A stretch of DNA of 31,368 nucleotides, taken from the IMG/VR virus record IMGVR_UViG_3300029305_012016; one strand, given 5' to 3'. The notes beneath the pieces were generated by a model, which searched no databases, was not told the DNA's origin, and saw only the letters and a program-made list of their open reading frames with translations. Source of the stretch: an uncultured virus (IMG/VR IMGVR_UViG_3300029305_012016) (Duplodnaviria > Heunggongvirae > Uroviricota > Caudoviricetes). Shown here one piece after another: positions 26,301 through 31,368 of the stretch; position 1 is the stretch's first letter, and every line of letters begins with the position of its first letter. The position numbers were made by a program, and so were the translations under genes.

Positions 26301-27285
26301 GGTAGATGCTGGGCAAACGGACGAATTGAGAGAGTTAGTTGACAATCTTGAGGATGGAAAGTGGGGGGATATCGATTCCGACATAATTGAGGAAGCACTT
26401 GAAAAATCCGGACTGAACGATATGCGAGAGTCTGTGGAACTTGAACCAATCGAAGGTGCAGATATCTCAGTAGAGGGCATCCACGACAATATAGATGATG
26501 TTGACGAAGACGACTCTGATGTTGGCGTCACTTCTCCCGTAGAAAAAGAAGAAATCAAAGACGCCATTGTGAAATACCTCGACCAAGACGAAGCCGGTAG
26601 CTTTTCGTTAAAGGATGATTTCCTCGCCAATCTCCCCGAAGGAGTCGAGCCAGAAGAAATTCTCGACGCACTTAACGAAGTCGTCGAGGAACGCAGAGAA
26701 GACGAAACAGAAAACGAAAGAGAAAATCTCGATTCGGATTCAATAAGTTTCTCGGATGTTTTGAGTGACATACTCGATTTTGCGAAGGATCGCATTGAGA
26801 GCGAACCTCTTGTCGAGCTCATTAAAGACATTGTCGCAGGCGACTGGGAAGCATTGGGGCACGACCTCGTTGACGCAGCACTGCATCAAATGGGCTTGCC
26901 GGACATGGATAATCTCGTTGATTTTTTCAGCAATGTCGCGGATACCTTCAGAAACGATGTACCGCAAGACGTTGAGTACGGTAACGTGGACATCACCTCT
27001 AATTCTGCAATGGATGCTGTTGATGGTAATGCAGTGGACGCTACTGCCGATCCGCTGGAAAGTTTCGATGATCTAACAAGTGCAGTTTCCAACAATACCG
27101 AAGCAGCTTTCGAGCAGTTCAACCCGGATGTCGCGGGTGCCGACCTCGGAGCAGATGCTACCATAGATATTCCTCTTGAGGACTTTGCATCTGCCGCAGA
27201 TGCCGTCGAAGGCGTGGAGGCATCCGCTGAAGGAGCTGAAGCTCTCGTTGAGGGCGCTGAAGAGCTTGTTGCACTTCTCTTATAA
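23344..27285 (+). CDS. Very large, highly acidic coiled-coil protein of unknown function (1313 aa)
   Basis: Start moved to ATG 23344 (RBS AAGGAGGG); two heptad-rich segments; D/E-rich C-terminal half; no signal peptide seen. Confidence 0.85.
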   Translation: MRNFEELRNSIAYANELRTQIMDTADLGENADRSGDNATDNYLKSEYDKVRGEIGEFVFGEAFSCLSEFDDSVIEKLLSCVDENGQVDIEKMTDVLSEFTAETDSVDLGTMPELDLPFDEIGETHRSVDFFDGDSFVGRSETNAEKSYDEKLMGRLVDDLGINNPDRASKIYSSLEKSYDGNLDKMNAATTFAQHCDPASIKANSKEEVLERRINYDIAKDTFEDTKDKYAFRNIFASVDRLSFNIAAYRAGLPGAGGKLVTGGQIAINVLEVLRGNILDSIVEVGIKKALDKIVEAREAQVDRGIERDTPDTPRESNPTAHDFEHPSEHIDRSVNAPPEQNADRETNKPEPVFRENGSISPKATKDEIKTASERIDKSNPAGGNFCGADMKAEPRVFKGISTWSTDRNIETHTVVIDGKEDRLSVQSMRVADVAGNRYLVDPCGKAIPIEVTKPTTLIDIGTDGRGYIPSLDRMATKAESAKVEAYATANDKTVAEAKAEFSEKAVAAYIEKAETRIESHKTFLEGKVSEHREVIDGYKDNIDRLSRAVEELKGKADRIGTDMPQEVSAKAELEAKISELKDGIAKLEGAIDERQRTIDKYEATIERYRNAIDVAKSDTSTSDKLSAVIEAESSATGRFETDLVGLNPADVEKIAKDLEASDEVLADIDVAPEEVTSGENDSGTEVIPDTVSLSTGDMTENANTPHDSADGAVELPKGMENEDRVGQDDKLKHLDIDSDHASKKEVGDIIADKMESIVAAEEKLADIKDQIDEKEAQLEKAQNDLEQNKLALEECKANPDLFGGQGVESALEANIAESEATVEGIKAEIETLEAEKIDMEARIDADNKVISFCEDGMKDGSQLTVNDEGKIEKVSPDGKLETCDPKTGVTSDNSNEKPDLATSDSSEGSADQNSVLQDALTDVYSDSDASTQDGREAVRDAMNEGATASDVLSAINDSVKELAENGVEVDADKVSESISEVFDELVDAGQTDELRELVDNLEDGKWGDIDSDIIEEALEKSGLNDMRESVELEPIEGADISVEGIHDNIDDVDEDDSDVGVTSPVEKEEIKDAIVKYLDQDEAGSFSLKDDFLANLPEGVEPEEILDALNEVVEERREDETENERENLDSDSISFSDVLSDILDFAKDRIESEPLVELIKDIVAGDWEALGHDLVDAALHQMGLPDMDNLVDFFSNVADTFRNDVPQDVEYGNVDITSNSAMDAVDGNAVDATADPLESFDDLTSAVSNNTEAAFEQFNPDVAGADLGADATIDIPLEDFASAADAVEGVEASAEGAEALVEGAEELVALLL

Positions 27286-27305
27286 TTAACAGGAGGAACA
27301 ATGAA

Positions 27306-27596
27306 ATGCGAATGATTTTATCCTACGGAGCACTGCTCATTATTTTACTTGTCGCTGTCTGTGGCGGAATTTACATCGCATTTGTTTATGCAGACAAGAG
27401 GACTAAAGAAAAAGAATATTTGCAAGAGTCTTTCCATCGTGAACTCCCGAAAAATAACGAAAGGGAAACCGTTCCTGTGCTGCCGGTCGCTGCAGATTCA
27501 GGCGGAAGAGCCGAAGGTCTGGCCTTCGACATTGATGATATGAGACAAGAGTCCAATGATGCGTATTCCTTCTTGCAAAACAATCAAGACGATTAG
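27306..27596 (+). CDS. Small single-pass membrane protein
   Basis: Hydrophobic N-terminus; RBS AGGAGG; 20 bp after the large gene. Confidence 0.75.
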   Translation: MRMILSYGALLIILLVAVCGGIYIAFVYADKRTKEKEYLQESFHRELPKNNERETVPVLPVAADSGGRAEGLAFDIDDMRQESNDAYSFLQNNQDD

Positions 27597-27613
27597 AAAA
27601 ACATAATTTTTAC

Positions 27614-27660
27614 AAACAAGGCAGAAGCCGGGAATTCCGGTTTTTGTCTTGTTTTGTTTT
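27614..27660 (+). terminator. Intrinsic terminator fused to the next promoter
   Basis: AAACAAGGCAGAAGCCGG-gaatt-CCGGTTTTTGTCTTGTTT, then motif variant TTTTCTTGTAAAAT at 27657-27670. Confidence 0.75.
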
Positions 27661-27712
27661 CTTGTAAAATATATATATGGGATTTATAAATGATGATTGG
27701 AGGTAAATAATA

Positions 27713-29500
27713 ATGAAAATCAAAAAAATTGAGCTTCGCAACTTTCGCGGAACTCCCCATGCGGTATTCGAGTTGGGCCACCTCAATTCGATTATCGGAC
27801 CGAATGGCAAAGGTAAGTCAACGCTGATTGAGGCCATTAAGACTGGTATCAACGGAAAGGTTCCCAATGCTCACATCATGGTTGGTGCACCTTCCGCTGA
27901 ACTGGCGTTGGAGATCGAGGCAGTAGGTGAAATCGTAAGAACATGGTATCCCGATAAACCCACAAAGGCAACTCTGAACGGGAAGAGAACCACGCAGTCT
28001 TCTATTATGGATACAATTCAGAAGGTGTATGGTATTTCAAGCCAAACCGCAAGTGTTATGTCCTCCAGTGAGGTTTTGGAGCGTATGTTTGGTGAATCTT
28101 TCGCAGAATATGTGCTCCAGTTTATCACTAACGACATGGACTTGGATAAGCTTGTTGCTCTCTCCGGTTTATCTCCCGATGCAGAAAAAGAACTTCGCAT
28201 GTACCTTCCTGAAGCACCCGAACCCATAAGTCTGGAGATGGTCGCGGATGCCTACACCTATTACAAGGATGGGCGAAGAGATGTCAAAAATGCCTATGAT
28301 ACCAAGCTGAAGCAGTCTCAGTATTCAGGCCCGATTCCGGGAATGAAAGCCCAGGACTATGCTATTCAGATGAAGGATTTATCAGAAGCTATCGGGAGAA
28401 CCAAGGCCAACGCTACCAAGTATGCTGAGCTAAAGGTAGCTAAGGAGCGAGCGGTCGCTCTTGTGAACTCTCTTGAGGCGGCATTGAAACCCATCCAGGG
28501 AGTAACCCTCCCCACTACAAGAGAGGTAGAGGCAACGGAACAAGCTCTTTCCCTTGCAAAAAAGTCTATGATGGACAACTGGGCTGCCGCAGAAAATTAT
28601 AAAAGGACCGTCCTTTCCTTGCAAAAAATCCTTGCAGGGTTGAATACTCCGGTCTGCCCTATAAGTGGCAAGCTTGTTTGTACAACGGACAAAACCACTG
28701 TAAAGAAGGAAATTGAGGCAGAAATCGCCGGATTAGTGGCTGAAGGCGAAAAAGCAAAGGCTCAAGCTGATTCTATGGCAAAAGAGGTAACGGCTCTCGA
28801 AGAGAAGGTGGCTGGATTTGCATGGAGAAAGCAAGCTTATGCACATAAAATTGAAACTGCAAAACAGCTTGCACACGCGAAAGCATCCGCCGAAAAGATC
28901 GTTATTCCTGTAGCACCGGATCCCAATGCACTGACGGAGCTTACCAAAGCTTATGAGCTTCTTAGTGAAGGATACCGCTCCGCAACCGCTTACGAAACCG
29001 CAAAGAAAGCGGAAACCGAAGCGGTGCACCTTGGTAAGACAGTTCAGGTCTTTGAAGAACTTGTGGAGCTGTTGTCCCCCAAGGGTGGTGCTCGTAAGAA
29101 GATTCTGGAGCATAACCTGAGTCCGTTGGAAGCTTACTGTAACGCAAAGATGGGAAGAGTTATTCCCCATCTCCGTATGAGATTCGACCTTTGCAATGGC
29201 GCAAAGGTTCTACTTGTCGATGCGGCCGGCAACACTTTACCGTTGGAAGCTCTGTCTACCGGAGAGAAGATGCGAACAATGTTTGTTGTTGTCGATATGC
29301 TTAACGCCCTCAACGGATTCAACATTCTGCTCATGGACAATATCGACGGGATCGATTCTCGTTCTCTGGAAGAAGTATTAAAGCTGATTCTGGAAGAAAA
29401 GGATAATTACGACCACATTCTGCTCTGTGGGATCGACCATCGTGAAACAGTCAATCTTCTCGCAAAATACGGCTTCAAGGAGCTCGCTCCCACATCATAA
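27713..29500 (+). CDS. Rad50/SbcC-like SMC-family ATPase (short coiled coils, atypical hook)
   Basis: MKIKKIELRNFRG, Walker A GPNGKGKST, central CPISGKLVC between coiled coils, signature LSTGE, Walker B ILLMDN.DG.D, terminal H. Confidence 0.88.
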   Translation: MKIKKIELRNFRGTPHAVFELGHLNSIIGPNGKGKSTLIEAIKTGINGKVPNAHIMVGAPSAELALEIEAVGEIVRTWYPDKPTKATLNGKRTTQSSIMDTIQKVYGISSQTASVMSSSEVLERMFGESFAEYVLQFITNDMDLDKLVALSGLSPDAEKELRMYLPEAPEPISLEMVADAYTYYKDGRRDVKNAYDTKLKQSQYSGPIPGMKAQDYAIQMKDLSEAIGRTKANATKYAELKVAKERAVALVNSLEAALKPIQGVTLPTTREVEATEQALSLAKKSMMDNWAAAENYKRTVLSLQKILAGLNTPVCPISGKLVCTTDKTTVKKEIEAEIAGLVAEGEKAKAQADSMAKEVTALEEKVAGFAWRKQAYAHKIETAKQLAHAKASAEKIVIPVAPDPNALTELTKAYELLSEGYRSATAYETAKKAETEAVHLGKTVQVFEELVELLSPKGGARKKILEHNLSPLEAYCNAKMGRVIPHLRMRFDLCNGAKVLLVDAAGNTLPLEALSTGEKMRTMFVVVDMLNALNGFNILLMDNIDGIDSRSLEEVLKLILEEKDNYDHILLCGIDHRETVNLLAKYGFKELAPTS

Positions 29501-29551
29501 AAACTTGTTTTTTCAAAAAATTTTTCAAAAAAAGAGCAAAAAAGATATATA

Positions 29552-29586
29552 TACGCCGTCCGACACCGGGCGGCGTACTTTTTTTT
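29552..29586 (+). terminator. Intrinsic terminator fused to the next promoter
   Basis: TACGCCGTCCG-acac-CGGGCGGCGTA followed by C and a T-run. Confidence 0.8.
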
Positions 29587-29590
29587 GTCG

Positions 29591-29604
29591 TTTTCTTATA
29601 TAAT
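29591..29604 (+). promoter_or_regulatory. Conserved promoter motif TTTTCTTATATAAT
   Basis: Exact copy upstream of ATG 29637. Confidence 0.8.
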
Positions 29605-29636
29605 ATATATAGTACCAAAAAGAAAGGAGCAAACAA

Positions 29637-30341
29637 ATGAGCAACACTGATGAAATTGTAACAAAGAAGAAAACCCCCACAGTCAAGATGCAGAACGGCT
29701 TTATGGTTGTCGGAACGGTGGTGAGAAAGGTTCGCCCTGCCAACTCCGACGGCACCATCCTCTTGCGAGTAGCAATCAACGATAAGACCGGAACTGTATC
29801 CTACCCGACAATTGCTTTCTATGGCAAAGAGGTCTGCGACAAGATCGATGAAGCCCTCGTTATCACTAAGGAAAGCAAACCTCGCGTTCGTATCGAAGGT
29901 TACATCGACTCTCGCAGAAAGGAAACATATTCTCCCGAGGGCGGTGTGGTCCGCAGAAACTTTGACTGGCTTGTAGGCGAGCGCCTCGGTTTTGCTGAAA
30001 CCGAAATGGAAAAGGCAACCGGCATCCGTGGCGTAGGCACAAGAAAGGCCGAAGGCATGAACAAGTTCAAGATTGTGGGAAGGGTCGATGGTATTTATCA
30101 GACCCAAAACCATTCCGTAACTAACATGGTGGTTCGCACTATGGGGGGTGAGGAGATAAGCCTACCTCGTGTAACTTGCCTCGGTAAGTGGGCTTCCTAC
30201 ACCGAAAAGGAACTCAAGCGAGGAGATGTTGTCTCCGTTATCGGCTATTTCCGCACGAGAGAGTTCCACGAAGGCGAAAGAGTGTTCCACAATCTCGCCC
30301 TTTACGCAAATGACATCGCCAGAATCGACATCAACGAATGA
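29637..30341 (+). CDS. SSB-like protein with two tandem OB folds
   Basis: NGFMVVGTV...IAFYGK...VRIEGYIDSR and NKFKIVGRV...VTCLGK...LKRGDVVSVIGYFRTR; no DDLPF-type tail. Confidence 0.75.
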   Translation: MSNTDEIVTKKKTPTVKMQNGFMVVGTVVRKVRPANSDGTILLRVAINDKTGTVSYPTIAFYGKEVCDKIDEALVITKESKPRVRIEGYIDSRRKETYSPEGGVVRRNFDWLVGERLGFAETEMEKATGIRGVGTRKAEGMNKFKIVGRVDGIYQTQNHSVTNMVVRTMGGEEISLPRVTCLGKWASYTEKELKRGDVVSVIGYFRTREFHEGERVFHNLALYANDIARIDINE

Positions 30342-30347
30342 GAAGAT

Positions 30348-30381
30348 CACATGTTGGGCGGCAGCAATGCCGCCCAATGTG
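30348..30381. other. Strong GNRA-capped hairpin between the SSB and recombinase genes
   Basis: TTGGGCGGCA-gcaa-TGCCGCCCAA, extendable by CACA/TGTG; no U-tract. Confidence 0.6.
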
Positions 30382-30402
30382 ATAGAGTAGAAGGTGAAAC
30401 AA

Positions 30403-31368
30403 ATGTCAGACATCATTCTTTCCAATAAAGAGCAACCTGTTATTGTAAATGCAGAGCGGCAGAATAGGGGAATATCTGAGGATTTGTATTATAGATTCCT
30501 CGATTTTTTGGATGTGAGCGAGAATTCTATCAAAGCATACCAAGGATGGCTCAAGCAATTTTTTTTATGGTTAAGAGAAAATGATATTAGATTTCCTCAA
30601 CGCAGGGACATCTTGAACTATAGAGATGAATTGCGAGAGACGAAGAAACCGACTACTATCCAGAATTATATCGTCGCAATTCGACAGTTCTTCAAGTGGA
30701 CTGAATTGGAGGGGATATACCCTGACATTGCGAAAAATATTAAAGGGGCAAAGGTTAGTAAGGAGCACAAAAAAGACGCTTTTACAAAAAAACAAGCAAA
30801 AAAAATTCTTGACTCTATCGACAGATCTACTCTTGTTGGGAAAAGGGATTATGCAATCTTGTCCCTTATGTTCACTTGTGGATTGCGAGATATCGAGGTT
30901 GTAAGAGCAAATGTCGAAGACCTTCGCCCTGTGGCTGATTTTGTCGCCATATTCCTTCTTGGCAAAGGACGAGACGAAAGAACGGATTACGTCCGAATCC
31001 ACCAGCAGACAGAAGATGCCATTCGCGAATATCTCATGGAAAGAGAGAGCGTATCAGATACCGACCCCCTGTTTACCTCTACGAGCAACAGAAATATGAA
31101 CGGGAGAATGCGAGTGGAGTCTATCAGCCGCATCGTAAAAACAAGACTCAGGGCAGCAGGCTTCAATTCGTCACGTCTTACGGCTCACAGCATTCGCCAC
31201 ACCTCTATTACACTCGCACTTCTGAACGGAAGAGGTCTTCGCGAAGTTCAAGAATTTGCTCGTCACGGGAATATTACTACAACAATGATTTACGACCACA
31301 GCCTTAACCGAGCCAAAAATGGCTGTGGAGCCGCCATTTCTGACGCAATTTTCGAGGAAAACGAATGA
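30403..31368 (+). CDS. Tyrosine recombinase (XerC/D-like integrase/resolvase)
   Basis: Start likely ATG 30403 (RBS AAGGTG); N-terminal SAM-like domain; RDYAIL..GLR, GKG, HSIRH, ARH, MIY. Confidence 0.93.
   Translation: MSDIILSNKEQPVIVNAERQNRGISEDLYYRFLDFLDVSENSIKAYQGWLKQFFLWLRENDIRFPQRRDILNYRDELRETKKPTTIQNYIVAIRQFFKWTELEGIYPDIAKNIKGAKVSKEHKKDAFTKKQAKKILDSIDRSTLVGKRDYAILSLMFTCGLRDIEVVRANVEDLRPVADFVAIFLLGKGRDERTDYVRIHQQTEDAIREYLMERESVSDTDPLFTSTSNRNMNGRMRVESISRIVKTRLRAAGFNSSRLTAHSIRHTSITLALLNGRGLREVQEFARHGNITTTMIYDHSLNRAKNGCGAAISDAIFEENE

Noticed and set aside
25929..26831. 300-aa Ser-rich minus-strand ORF and similar antisense ORFs
   Set aside because: Mirror-frame artefacts of the D/E-rich sense gene.
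23344..27285. Large gene as phage tape-measure protein
   Set aside because: Strongly acidic rather than Ala/Gly-rich amphipathic, and no tail or chaperone genes nearby.
27713..29500. SMC-like gene as part of a Wadjet or Lamassu defence system
   Set aside because: Monocistronic between terminators, with no jetABD or Lamassu effector neighbours.

Overview
This looks like a segment of a large extrachromosomal or mobile element (megaplasmid, large ICE or phage-plasmid) from a Clostridia-like Firmicute. That call is inferred from gene families and AGGAGG-type RBSs; no rRNA, tRNA, CRISPR array, virion or transposase genes are visible. The window has four parts. (1) 1-5890 is a minus-strand block of small phage-like genes: two Lar-like proteins, Zn-ribbon proteins, DUF4314, a wHTH, a Cys-His-Asp protein and a frameshifted pseudogene. 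(2) 5890-7620 is a 1.7-kb non-coding divergence region with a duplicated 32-bp hairpin motif, ~21-bp-phased GGGAGATATGCAG iteron-like repeats and two flanking TGTAG-N8-CTACA palindromes, a candidate origin. (3) DNA-metabolism genes: thymidine kinase with an extension, PcrA/UvrD, topoisomerase III, RecJ, a Rad50/SbcC-like ATPase, a double-OB SSB and a tyrosine recombinase. (4) Envelope or secreted proteins, an atypical PP2C and a 1313-aa very acidic coiled-coil protein. The strongest unannotated signal is a 14-bp motif, TTTTCTTATATAAT (7 exact copies and about 6 variants). It sits upstream of almost every transcription unit in sense orientation and is often fused to the preceding terminator, which suggests an element-wide promoter class or regulon. 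All family calls are by-eye motif recognition; no searches were run.
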